From Chlorokybus atmophyticus (Eukaryota; Plantae; Mesostigma and Chlorokybus algae), in NCBI GenBank assembly GCA_009103225.1, contig RHPI01000810.1:620001-684000 (forward strand): a stretch of 64,000 nt of DNA, given 5' to 3'. Positions within the stretch are counted from its first letter, which is position 1, and each line of letters opens with the position of its first letter. Below are positions 47,245-59,691 of the stretch, piece by piece. Position numbers and translations under genes: made by a program. The notes under the pieces are model-generated. The model searched no databases. It saw nothing but the letters and a program-made list of their open reading frames with translations, and was not told the origin of the DNA.

Positions 47245-50200
47245 ATGCTTGTCCACGTTGCGGCAGACGGCCGCTCCTTCCAGCTGGAGTGCGACGGCAA
47301 CACCAGGTGGGGAGATGCCTCCGTAGTTGCATTGCGGATGTCCTTGCCTTTGTATATGTAATTGGAGTACATTCCTCCCGATTGGCGCTCTCAATTTTGG
47401 CGCTGCTCACACGACCTTGTCAAATCAACTGCCACCATGCCATCTTGTTATTCCCATATGCCTGTCTGTCGACATTCTGTGCAAATTGTGTGCAATGCGC
47501 TGTTGTCGCTAGCTGCTTGTCAGGCTTGCTCTGCAGGTCTGCATTCCAACATTCAGCTTACAGATACTCAGGCGCTGCGTGAGTATGCATTGTTCTGAAG
47601 GCAATGCAGCTGTTGCTACCTGGCTTAGAACTTAGCTGCTTGGACCTGTTGCATGGAGAAGCAAACTCTTACGGTTTCTGAGGCATTGCTTGTAGAGCTC
47701 CTGTTCGTTGTTGCTGCAACAATAATTGCCAACACATGCACAAACCCACAGTGATGTGCTGGGTGTGCAGTGTGGAATGGGTACAGCAGGCACTGGCGAA
47801 TTTGACAGGCATCCCGTCAGCGGAGCAGATTCTCCTGTCTGGCGGCGCCAAGCTTGAAGCTGCACGACAGCTGGCTGCTTATACGCTTCCAGCTGCCAAC
47901 AAGCAGGTACATGTCATACACACATTCCAGCCACACTGCATTGATCAGCTGTTAGTGCATGGTAGCGCACCAGTTACCCATACCTATGTCAGCCAGCCGC
48001 TGGTAATTTCCATTGCGATGGCAGTCAATCTGCTTTCCCTAACATCTGTTTTCCTCTGCAGCTCTACTTGTATAATAGATCGCAACTGCGATCGGACAGT
48101 CCAGCCCCACATATTGTGGATGTACAGGAGGTTACAATTGCTGAAGTGCCTCCTGTGCTAGAGACTGGCCATCACCCCTTAGATGACTCTCCCAGCCCGC
48201 TTCTTAGAGCTCTGCCGTATTATGAGCGGCACTTTGCGCACCATCTCGCGCAAGTGCAGGTGATTATCAATCTCTGACATGCTGTTCGGGCAACATTTGC
48301 ATCCCCAGCATTGCATCCCCCAAACTGCAATGCTTGCTGGCAGGCCATCCATGAGGCATCTCAGCAGCGACTCAAACTAGCTGCCCAGCTGGTGGCAGAG
48401 CAGCGTGTACAGGCGGCAGCTATTGATGCGGCTGGCGAAAACGTTGATGTGCATTACAGAAGTATCGCCCAACTGCGCGACGAATTTTTGCGCTCTTATG
48501 ATCGCTCTTATGATGCTCACCAGAGGCTGTTATCCAACTTTGAGAGGGACATGGACTCCCTGCGCGAGCGGGCACTCCACCCAGCACTGCAGACAGAGGC
48601 ACGCCACAGCTTGCTGGATTGCGTCCCAGAAGCCAAGCTGCGGAAATGGGCCGATGACTGCCGCAGAAGCAGCGCCCAGTTTCGTCTTAAAGTAAACGAA
48701 TCATCCTCCCTTTTTACTCAATTGCAGCGAAACGTTGAAGAACTGTTTATGGTGGGACCACAGGTAGCAATGGCATTGCTGGTCATGCTCCTGTAATTTC
48801 AGTCGATGGGGGGAGGGGCAAGGCCATCTTGACAAGTTGAATTTTGGTAGGTGGACATTCGCCAACTTGAAGAGCGAGTGAAGCGCGGTGCTGTACTACT
48901 GGATCGACAGGCGTCCGTTGTTCAAAGCTTGCAGAAAGACCGCAAGATGGTAAGACTGCAGCACGTCTACTTGCAAGTGAGCTAGAGTTGCCCTTACCAC
49001 CTCACGCACTGCAGGTTGCGCAACTCATTGAGGAAACGGTATCCCGGTTGAGTGACCCAAATCTATCCACATCCACTCGCGCAGTGGATGCATGCGCTGC
49101 GTTGGACCCAATGCACCATGCGCATCTTACAGACCAGCTGCCTGCTGTCACAGATTGTGACAAGCAGCTGCAACAGCTGGTTGCACAATGCTTTGAATCC
49201 AAGGCCATAATGACACAGGCAGTGCACTCACAGCTTCGCAGCATCAGTACGCTGCAGTCGCGTATTCGGGACATGCGCAATCGTCTATCCACCTTCAAAG
49301 AGGTGGGTTCATTGAAGCATGTGATGCACAGCTGCATGTCTCGTTTGCAGAAGAGAGATGTGGAAAAGGGGCTTGAGCAACAACTCGATTTTGCAGGTTG
49401 GGATTCGACAGCACGAGGCGTTCGCTGAGTTGCAGCTTGTACGAAAGGTGCATGCTGCATACCAGGCATGTCTTGCAGAGGTTGTACGCCGCAGGGCCTA
49501 CCGTCAGTATTACGCCGGGCAAGCTTCACAGCTGGCAGAAAAAATTGCTCGTGTTCGTGACAAGGAGGTTGCTGATCGAGAGGCATTTGTTCGCCAGCAT
49601 GAAAGGTACATTGCAATTACAGTGCAGTTGACTTGTTGCGATACTGGCACTGTTGAAGAAGCACTATATCATGCTGTTGATGTGCATGTCAGGTACATTC
49701 CCCGGGACGTTATGGCAGCCATGGGGTTGCTGGGCTTCCCCTCGCAGTGCGAAATCAGCATGCCACGATTTGATGACAATCTGTTGCACATTGAGTTGGC
49801 TGACATCCAGCAACACGGCGGCGCCATCAGTGGTTTTGAAAGCATGCATCGGAGTCGCATTGCACAGCAATTACCTTCAGGCAGTCCTGCCATTGAAGCG
49901 GAAGCAGCTGAGGCAGCCAGTGAGGGACCTATGGAAGTTGCCCGGCTCAAGATGGAGCTGGCTTCTGCAATTGCCCTTCTTGCAGCTGCAAGTGTCCCTT
50001 CACCACAAGGTTGAATTGCATGCCGTATGTTGCTCAGTTACCAGGCGCATAGTTCTGTTGTGTGACATTGGTAGTGGTCGTGGTGTTGTGCTGAAGCGCG
50101 GAGGGGGTCACGTGCTTGGGTGTCAGGAACAGATTATTGCTGTTTCTGTACAGGTGGTGAAGCCTCTGTCGCTAGCAGCGCTGCTCGCGAACAGATGGAG

Positions 50201-52311
50201 GAAGCCTTCAAACAGAAGGATGCCCTCGCTCTACTGCTTCAAAACCAGCTGGGCAAGCAGTCGGAACAACTGGCTTCTTATGAACAGCGCATCAAGGATC
50301 TGGAACAGCAGTTGGCAACGATGCATGCTGCAGGGCAGACCCCATCAGAAGGGAAAGCAGAGGTGTGGTTATGGTGGAACCTGCCCGTATCCGCATTTCA
50401 GTAGATCAGCGCCTGCACCAGAGCATGCAGTTATTGACCAATGAATGGTTTGTTTCTCAGGTGTTGTCGGAGCAAGCTACCATTGTTGAGCCACAGGCTA
50501 GCGAGGTGGTAACTGATGCTGAAGGACAGGGACAGTCAACTGTCTCCTCCGAGGACGCCGCAGCTACAGGAGAAAGCGATGTACAGGCGGCCGGATCTGG
50601 CTTTGTAAAGACTGATGTACAGACAGAACCAGGCGGTTCAGCGTTCCCGCAGAGCACCGGCACCAGTACAGAGTTTGGTGCCGAGTCGGAAGGCAGCACA
50701 GCTACCGACCCCTCCGCAGGTTTGTTCATGAGTCCTGGCATTGCAGTACAGTTGCTCAGAGTCCAACACGTGGACTTGTGGACGCCCAATGCCAATGGCA
50801 ATGCAAGCAGTGCTGCAGCAACCATTTGCACGCATGTCCAGCATGCAACTCAGTTCACACGCATTTGATTTATTTTTTTTTTATTTTTTTTTATTAATCC
50901 AGTTGCATTTCAGGAGCATATGATGCCGAGTCGGATGCTATGCGGCAGCAGCTGGCAGAGCGTACAGACGAAGCAGCACAAGCTGTGGCAGCTCTGGCTG
51001 TGGCACAGCAGCAATTGGAAGAAAACCGTGCAGACGTTGATAAGAAGACGGCGCTGTTGCGAGAGTGCCAGGTTAGTCCTCATGGCAACCCTGTGATGCA
51101 ACGCTCTATGGCATGGGGACATGCACGTTGCGTTCGTCTGCTTGCAAAGCTGCCAATCAGCAATGGCTAGCTCTACCAATTTGATGATGCGGTTGCCATA
51201 GAGCGCACACTGCTGTCATCTCTGCGATTCGCAATGCCTTTTGAGTAGAGAGGATGTTGCAATTGTCATGCACTGGCTACATCCAAGTGACAGAAATGTT
51301 TTGCCAATTAGTTAAACTGCGCCCAATTGGAGAAGAGACTTCACGAGTTGCGGGAAGAGGCGCGTGCCCGATCATATGCTGCAAACCGCCATGCGGCAGA
51401 GTACACTGCACTGCGCACTTCCTCTGTCAAGCTGCGCAGTTTGATGGAGCGCTTGCAGCGCTGCATGCAGGACACATCGAGCCGTCCTGGAGGTGTCGCG
51501 CAAAGCCTGAGGTGCGTTTTGTATTCATGAGCATCTGATGAGGTAGATACGTGTTAAGAGGAAGCTGTGCTGCAAGACTTGACTAACTCCCACTGCAGGT
51601 CATTTGCGGCATCTATGAGCAACTCTCAGGAAGACACCACTGATACAGTCGGCACTGAGTGGTTCAGAGCATCTGTGAAGCAGCTTGCAGAAGAGTTTGC
51701 GGCGTTGGTAGAGCAACGATCTGCCATGCTTGAACAGGTAGCAATGACACCCAAGTGCCACTGTTGTCAATGATGGGTCATGCAGGACCGTGCACCTTAA
51801 CTCTGAGGTGGCATCTGCAGGTTCAGCTTGTGCAAGCTGCACAAGTGCAATCAGAGCACCAGTTGCAGGAGAGTGCACGCCAGGTAGCCATCTTGACCGA
51901 GGCGCAAAGCAGCAGAACAAAGGGTGTGACTGTGTCCTTCGATAACTTTGCAGTACAAGATATCGCAGTCTTTTTGCCCAATGAGCAGGTCAGTGCAACT
52001 CTGTTTGAATTGCAGTCACTGCAACTGCGCAGTGTCTGATTGCATGCTTGAGTCTGCTCCACTCACAACTGTTTGAACAGGGTTTCTACGAGGCCGTTAA
52101 CACCAACTGTCCTCGTTACTATTTGTCAGAAGACTCGGTTGAGCTTTTTGTACAGCATCAGCCAAACGCGCGCAAGTACATTGTGGGACAGATCGTCCAC
52201 ATAGACCGCAGAGAGATGCACGACTCCATGCATGATAACCAGTACGAGCTGCCGGAGGGCGCTGATTACGCAATTGTAACAGTAGCCATGGTGCTGCCCT
52301 CTACAGCTTGA
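47245..52311 (+). CDS. ATG11: Autophagy-related protein 11 (ATG11/FIP200-like), multi-exon
   Basis: N-terminal VAADGRSFQLECD..TGIP..EQILL; LPYYERHF; long coiled coils; C-terminal claw VSFDNF..IAVFLPN..YEA.N..CPRYYLS..YIVGQIVHI..Y.LP.G..Y.IVTVAM. Confidence 0.93.
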
Positions 52312-54173
52312 AGAGTACCGTTGTTGAAAGGCAGTCTGGTTAAACCCCACCTTAGCCTTTACAGCTTTCTTAAGAAAAGCAGGACTTGTTGGAAAGCTTG
52401 CCTCTGTGTTTCTGTAGGCTAGCTGGGTTGGTTTCCCATTCAGATGTTTCGTTGCTTTAGAATCCAGGTTGCTATCATCATTAGTCTCCAGTTGGGGTTC
52501 GCAGCTGAACATACTAGCTATTCAAGCTGCAATGTTGAAGAAGTTGGTTGTATTTGTGTCCTGGTAGTAGCCTTGCTTGTGTTTGTTTGGTAGGTTGGAA
52601 TGACTTCCTAATGGCAGCACTGGTTCCATTGTGGCAATGAAATGACAAAATTTGGACAGGCACAGCTTCCCGGGCGGTGCCAATGAAACTCCGCCTCTCT
52701 CTCATATTTCCATATGGTGTGTACAAAAGATGCAAGAGGGAAGTTGTGTACCACAAATCTCGCATCCTGGTGGACATGGTCCTGCGGGGTCTGCTACCAT
52801 ACGTAAGTGTACATAAGATTTGCGCACATGCGTAGGTGTACCAAAGGTATGCGCACATGCGTAGGATGCTGGGGCAATCTGCACAAGCAAACTACGGCTT
52901 GGCACCTGTACTTTAGCGTTGTAGCAAGTACTTGCAAGCATATTGAGACCAACTCAAACACAGCACGCGTGTCAATAAGTGTATGTAAGGGGTATGGTAC
53001 GGTGGCAGCATGCATGGTGTGGACAATGCGAATGGCATGCATCAGCACAAGCATACACGCTTTACACATCAAATTTAACTACCGGGGTAGTTCTATGGCT
53101 GCTTGCTACACTATACCAATGCTAGCCCGCCCCCTTAGACATACAAGCATGCATTCAGTTGGTACCCCTCTCCCTCCGCTCCCTCTGCCTCCGCCCTCCT
53201 CTCAGCCACTACTGCGCGGGCTGCTGCGTGCCGCGGTTGTCAACAACCCTTGCCGCGCAGTGCTCACGTCAGCACTGCGCTGGGCAGGGACCTTTAGGTC
53301 GTACGCTGGGGCTGTGCTGCTGTGCTGGTTAGGTGCAGCTGGTAGGGTTGGGTGGTGGGGTTGGTTGTGTGGCCCAAGCAGTAAAGATTGTCAGACTGAG
53401 GTTCTCAGGTAGCCACACTTTTCCGTTTCGTATTGTTTGTACAACGGCAAGGTAGTACTAGGCAATCACACGCCTTGAAGAGCCGCCCGGCAGCGTGAAA
53501 ACTGTGCGGTGAATGAACTGCATGGTAACGCAGCCTGCCCATGCAAAGGACATAGCCACACATGCCCACAACCCAACCCCACCGAGCACACCAAACTGGC
53601 AGTAAAAAGCGTAGCAGGGACCCTGCGCTGTGCTGCGGTGCTGACCTTGGCACTGCACACCGAGGGTTATAGCAGCCGGAGGGGAGAGAGCACGGGTGGC
53701 TGAGAGCAGAGGGTGACGGGAGAACGGGAGAGAAGGAGGGTGGGGGTCATTGTGGTTATTGTGCTTGCCGTTGCCAACAGCGACTAACAAGCGCCCATGA
53801 CGGCAGGTGATTACATTGTGATGCATGCATGCTTGCATGACTAACGGGGTGGTGGTATAAGTAGTGGCTTAGATCATGTAGTAGTAAAGCCCGGTGGTCA
53901 AGTGTATATGAGGGTGAGTGCTTGCTGCGTGATGTTGCTATGCTTGCATGTTGTGCATGATATAATGCATGAGCAACAACACTGCGCATTCTCTGTACAA
54001 CAACAACAAGCATAAGCAGTGGTGCGCTGGGACTCGGCAGCACCGGCAGCAAAGCAGAGCAGGGCAAGGTAGCAGCAAAGAGCTTCTCACCCACACGCAA
54101 GTACCAATGACGCGCCGTAAGCCCCTTTGGCAACTTGACACTGCGGCCGCCCTCACATGCATATTTCAATATC

Positions 54174-54580
54174 AAACGTCAGAGTTTATGCCCTGCCATT
54201 GACAACTTACAAACCGCTGCATTCCTAAACCAAAATGGCAACTTGAACAACTATTCTCCATGATATGGGGTGGTGATTCGCACCCGGCTTCCGACACATT
54301 AGCATATGTTAGCATACCATGTATTTATGACACAGTGTATAAGCTTTGCATTATCCACGCCGTGACCAATAACCGTATATAAAACGTCAGAGTGCATGCC
54401 TTGCCATCGACAACTTACAATCCGCTGCAAACTTAACACAAAACGGCAACTTGAGCGACTTTTCCTCCGGATATGGGGTGGTGATTGGGCATCCAGCCGC
54501 GGACAAGCTAGCATATATTTTGCATATCACAAATTCATGACACAGTGCATGAGCTTTCCATTATGCATGCCGTGACGAAT
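54174..54580. repeat. Diverged tandem dimer, ~208-bp unit
   Basis: Units start AAACGTCAGAG at 54174 and 54382; shared GACAACTTACAA, GATATGGGGTGGTGATT, ATGACACAGTG and GCCGTGAC. Confidence 0.85.
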
Positions 54581-54628
54581 ATTCGTCACGGCATGCATAC
54601 TGGCTAAGCTAAACACTGTGTCATAAAT
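54534..54628. repeat. Fold-back palindrome with a perfect spacer-less 38-bp core (54562-54599)
   Basis: TATGCATGCCGTGACGAAT|ATTCGTCACGGCATGCATA; arms extend imperfectly to ATGACACAGTG / CACTGTGTCAT. Confidence 0.92.
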
Positions 54629-54929
54629 ACGAGTCATTGATGTTAATCAATAATGCGCGACACACTTGCATATGGTATAGTAACGGGGTCAATTGGGGCA
54701 AGCAGCACAGCACACTACAGCATAAGCATTACATTAATGAGCTAACACCGAGCCCAAGACAACACAAGCACAACTACAAGCCAGGGAGCTGGGGTCTATG
54801 TGCGTGCCATGTGCGTGCAGTAGCAAACAGGCAGGCAAGGTGTTGAAGCGACAGCAGCGCAGCTCAGCTACCTGCGCAGCACGGAAGGAGGGCAAGGGGA
54901 GAAGGAGGAGACGGTTAGCCCTTGACACG

Positions 54930-57900
54930 CATGACCACGCAGTAAAGTTGTGCGTGACCAGCCCCCCGTTTGCAATGACCGCCACCAGCAACTGACAACA
55001 TGCCAAGATTAGTGCGAATACGGATGCAAGCCAAACGACCTGTGCCAAGTCATTGTAGCCGTTAGCACCAGTGGCACTCAAGTGAAATGGCATGCACTGC
55101 AATGTCACAATATAGTGGGCATGTGAAGTAATTCTCCCCATTGTTCAGCTGTCACGCACTGCACCATAGCAATTTAATGCCTGAACATGCCATTATACAC
55201 ATAACCTAGCCTCGTCCACATAATAGCGCGCAGTCCGGACAGCAAGGCCCTCCATTGATATCCCATTGCCTACATGTAATTAAGCCAACGCACCACTTCC
55301 ATGAGAAAGTGCTCTTTATACATGCTTAGCCTTAGAAAACGCCACATTTGCAGCACAAACACATACTTTGTTGCCCTCGCAATGTTTAAAACGGGGTGTG
55401 GTGCCCGCTTGACTGAAATGTTGCAAAATGCCGGCTCCCGCTGCTTAGCGTATATATATCTTGGTGCACGCACGAATGTCAGCGGTTTGATCAGCAAATT
55501 GAGATAAGGGACCTCACTTCCCTGTACAATCACTGCCAACGCTAGCATAGCTTGGGGGTATCTCCCCCCCGCCACTGCAGTGTGCGATTGATACATGACA
55601 TCCACAAACGATGGCAATGCAGCGACAAGCGCATCATCAACGCGCAAAACCACATGCCGCATATGATATTGCATGAACAGAGGGCGAGGCACCAGGTTTA
55701 TAGAGCTAGAGCCAGTCCAACTTTAAAGAGCTGAGTAAGTTGTTAGCCAAGTAAACTCTTGCTGGGTTGCTCATGGAAATGCCCACCACTTGCTGATGCA
55801 ACCTGTCTGCAGCAATTCCGACATAGAGGTTGTTAACGACATATGTCAACAACACGTGTAACAACTCCGCAATGTACACCTTTGTTACCCCCTTCGCAGT
55901 TACTGTACATCCCGCAGCCCATATGTGGGTCACCTTGTCATTAAGTATTGTCATATGCAATGTTGTTGCACGTGACTAAGCATGCATGTGATCGAACACA
56001 GCTGTCACCACTGATTGCATACGCATGAGTCACGCAAATTGTTTAATGCAGGTACACAAAATAGTAAATCAAACGTTTTCAAAGTGATTTGCTCACGCTT
56101 TTGTCAAGCAGTCCTTGTCGTGTTGAGGTAGGTCAGCCAGCCCTTCAAGTCCTGCGAGGACTGCAGTACCCATGACTTGCGGGCCAAGGGGTCCTGCACG
56201 CAAGCTTGCCATAGCTGATCAGTCACGGGTGACAAGATTTTGTACACATGTGTGAGCCACACAGAGATATCAGTCAGAGATGTGTGAAATGCAGCTGCTA
56301 TAAATTAAGTTTGGGCGGTGTCTTGTGTGCATTATGAGAGTGAGATATAATGTGGTAGCTTGGCATCCCCATGGTTGGCGAACTTGTAGCCTTGTTGCTG
56401 CTTGAACAGAGTATGCCTAGCCAGCACTTGTTCTGCACTTTTCATTGTGACCACTTTATAGGTCACAATTTGCAGTTCAACATGCAATGTGGTCAAGTAG
56501 TAACATTTGCACACAAAGCCAAAAATGTAAGCACCTTCGTCCACTTGCGTGATTACTAACTGGTCTTGCATACCCAAAACAACGGCATAATCACCAGCAC
56601 ACAATTGCATAAATATGCACCTTTTGAGCCTGCAACGACTGCACCTCGGCGTTAAATAGGGTGGTGACTTGGTTAACCCAGGGATGCAGTAGACTACTTT
56701 GTCTCTTGGCGTGCTCAGTAGCGCTGGCATATTTTTGCACCCCCGTCAGCAATGCTGCAACACGAGCAGGAAATGGTGCAATCGCAGCTGCTCTATACTT
56801 CACCCCCTCTCCAGCAGTCGCTATAGTGACAAGGATCCTGTCACTGCAGCATCACATGTCAGCACGTGCTGGAGATCGGGATGCACAAAAGGCTGCAAAT
56901 GCTGTCGCGTGCATGCGCAGTCCGCATGTAAGGTGTGTTCTTGCTGCTCGATGGTAGTGTTCGTAACCATGAACGACCTATTCACAAACCTGCGACCCTG
57001 CATCTTGTTATACTTCCACACAAGACATGGGATCGTCCTATGTCCGCCGAAATGTGTGTGGGATGGTGTCTTGAACCCGTGGCGCAGCTAGGATCCCCGG
57101 CAAGTTTAAAAGATCAGCCACGTGATTTCCAAATTTGTATGAAATGAGCATGCTTTTGATGGATGAAGGTGCCCGTGGCCGAGCCTGCCGCGCCACCCCT
57201 TTCTTCAGCACCCCCGATAGTGCTTCATGTGTTCGTGGCAGCATTTCCACGTCCTCAAGTGCGGAATGCTGCAACAGTGTCAGCTTGCGCTGCAAGTTTT
57301 GTGGCTTGTAAGCCAAGAGGTTATCAAAGTGAAACGCGTGGCGCAACATCACATCTTGCAAATGCAGCAACCTGCGCTTATAGCTCCTATAACCATATGC
57401 ACGTGATCTGCGGAAAGGTGCCTGTGTCAGCAACAAAGTGGTAGACAATGGACGAGGTGGTTGTTATGCAGCACCACGATCACGCATAGCAACTTTGGCA
57501 CGAGTAAATGAGTTGCGTGAACGTTTCATGCCCGCATGTTCCCTGACGTAAATTAAGCGGGGCTGCAGTTTGAAAAACCTGAATCGAGACCTCTCACGTT
57601 GGCATGCAGCTTGCTGCTAACCCGCACGTCCCTCTTCAATGTCTGCAAAAGGAAAGAACGACACCAGCTCCATGGTGTTATGCCCCTCGCGTACACACCA
57701 GTCTGCAACATCAATAGTTCGAGTGGGGTTGCTAGTGCGGTGGTGGCTTTCTGGCTTTCATATGTTGTTTGAAACGGTGAATAGCCGAGTTGCTCGCCAG
57801 CCCCACATATGCACGTTTGTTGCCATTTAGCAACTACATCACATCGATTATAGGCAAGTGTTATGCAATAGGATTCAGAACATCTGTATATCCTAATAAC

Positions 57901-58330
57901 TCAGCACGTTTCTCCCTAAGGTTTTTGGTGATGGCAGTGCATGCTCCCCTCATGGCTATGTAGCTCACAGCTTGCGGCAAGTGCGCGAGAGAACCTGCAT
58001 GCTTGGCGGAGTAGGGCACGTGCCCTACTGCACGTGGCAAAAGTACCACACCTTAGTGACCACCATGTTGCAATACTGTCATGCCGTTGGCGGCGGAGAC
58101 CCATTGTACTCCGGGTGAAGGTTCTCAACCTCTACATGGAGAGCGTTGTACATGCAAGGCCTACATTTATGCCGATTGAGCGGCTTCCTCACGCTATTCC
58201 GCCAGCGAGTGCAGGCCTGGAAGACGATGCAATTGGGAATGACGGTGGTGGCAATTAAGGATGACGGCACAGACCACGGAGGTGGACGCGCTGGCTGCAT
58301 GCAGCCGTTGAAGGACAACACGCCGGGGGG
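54930..58330 (-). mobile_element. Decayed Penelope-like retroelement with N-terminal GIY-YIG and downstream RT (Chlamys/Naiad-type order)
   Basis: GIY-YIG-like PII(D)VM..RAYVGLASNSAIHRFKQH (~57755-57860). RT: LVITQVDE..FVCKCYY..LHVEL, LPHY..FIAA, TFD, QVVGISMSNPARVYLANNLL (~55736-55800), RVDD (~55640), VPYLNLLI and S..PHP. Many stops and frameshifts. Confidence 0.8.
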
Positions 58331-59691
58331 CATGTTGTAACACTTGGCACTGGCTTATTTGCTCAATAGCACTCCCTGACTTGTGTACGCACACAAGGAC
58401 TTTACCTAAGCAAGGACGTACATCCCCCAGGAAGTAGCCCAGCAACACCGCACCAAGGAAGGAGCCCGAGATGATCACAACAGCTCACCTCCAGCTCCAG
58501 ATCCTTACGGACCCNNNNNNNNNNNNNNNNNNNNNNNNNNNNNNNNNNNNNNNNNNNNNNNNNNNNNNNNNNNNNNNNNNNNNNNNNNNNNNNNNNNNNN
58601 NNNNNNNNNNNNNNNNNNNNNNNNNNNNNNNNNNNNNNNNNNNNNNNNNNNNNNNNNNNNNNNNNNNNNNNNNNNNNNNNNNNNNNNNNNNNNNNNNNNN
58701 NNNNNNNNNNNNNNNNNNNNNNNNNNNNNNNNNNNNNNNNNNNNNNNNNNNNNNNNNNNNNNNNNNNNNNNNNNNNNNNNNNNNNNNNNNNNNNNNNNNN
58801 NNNNNNNNNNNNNNNNNNNNNNNNNNNNNNNNNNNNNNNNNNNNNNNNNNNNNNNNNNNNNNNNNNNNNNNNNNNNNNNNNNNNNNNNNNNNNNNNNNNN
58901 NNNNNNNNNNNNNNNNNNNNNNNNNNNNNNNNNNNNNNNNNNNNNNNNNNNNNNNNNNNNNNNNNNNNNNNNNNNNNNNNNNNNNNNNNNNNNNNNNNNN
59001 NNNNNNNNNNNNNNNNNNNNNNNNNNNNNNNNNNNNNNNNNNNNNNNNNNNNNNNNNNNNNNNNNNNNNNNNNNNNNNNNNNNNNNNNNNNNNNNNNNNN
59101 NNNNNNNNNNNNNNNNNNNNNNNNNNNNNNNNNNNNNNNNNNNNNNNNNNNNNNNNNNNNNNNNNNNNNNNNNNNNNNNNNNNNNNNNNNNNNNNNNNNN
59201 NNNNNNNNNNNNNNNNNNNNNNNNNNNNNNNNNNNNNNNNNNNNNNNNNNNNNNNNNNNNNNNNNNNNNNNNNNNNNNNNNNNNNNNNNNNNNNNNNNNN
59301 NNNNNNNNNNNNNNNNNNNNNNNNNNNNNNNNNNNNNNNNNNNNNNNNNNNNNNNNNNNNNNNNNNNNNNNNNNNNNNNNNNCCCCACTACCCCCACAAG
59401 GGTGGTAGGGGAAGAGCCCCTCTAACAGCCCCAAGCTAGGCACCCCACACATTTATTGGTACACTACTAGCGCCACTCCAAGTTGCCCAACACTAGGCTG
59501 CCATTTAGCTTATGTACCCTTTGCTGCTCTCCGACCTGGCACACACATTAATTAATGGGCCACACGAGCCCTGACAGTGTGCGCTGACCTGTAAGCACAT
59601 GCTGACATATTCCCTACATTGGGAACAACCCACCTCCGAGTTTCACCCATCACATCACTTACACCTCGGGAATGTCAAACATAGCCATGAG

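Noticed and set aside
53405-53660. Cys/His-rich minus-strand ORF as a PHD or zinc finger
   Set aside because: Ligand spacing incomplete; no supporting exon structure
53700-55200. Hammerhead ribozyme expected near the Penelope-like element
   Set aside because: No CTGANGA...GAAA core found by eye on either strand here; one could still lie in the 58515-59382 gap
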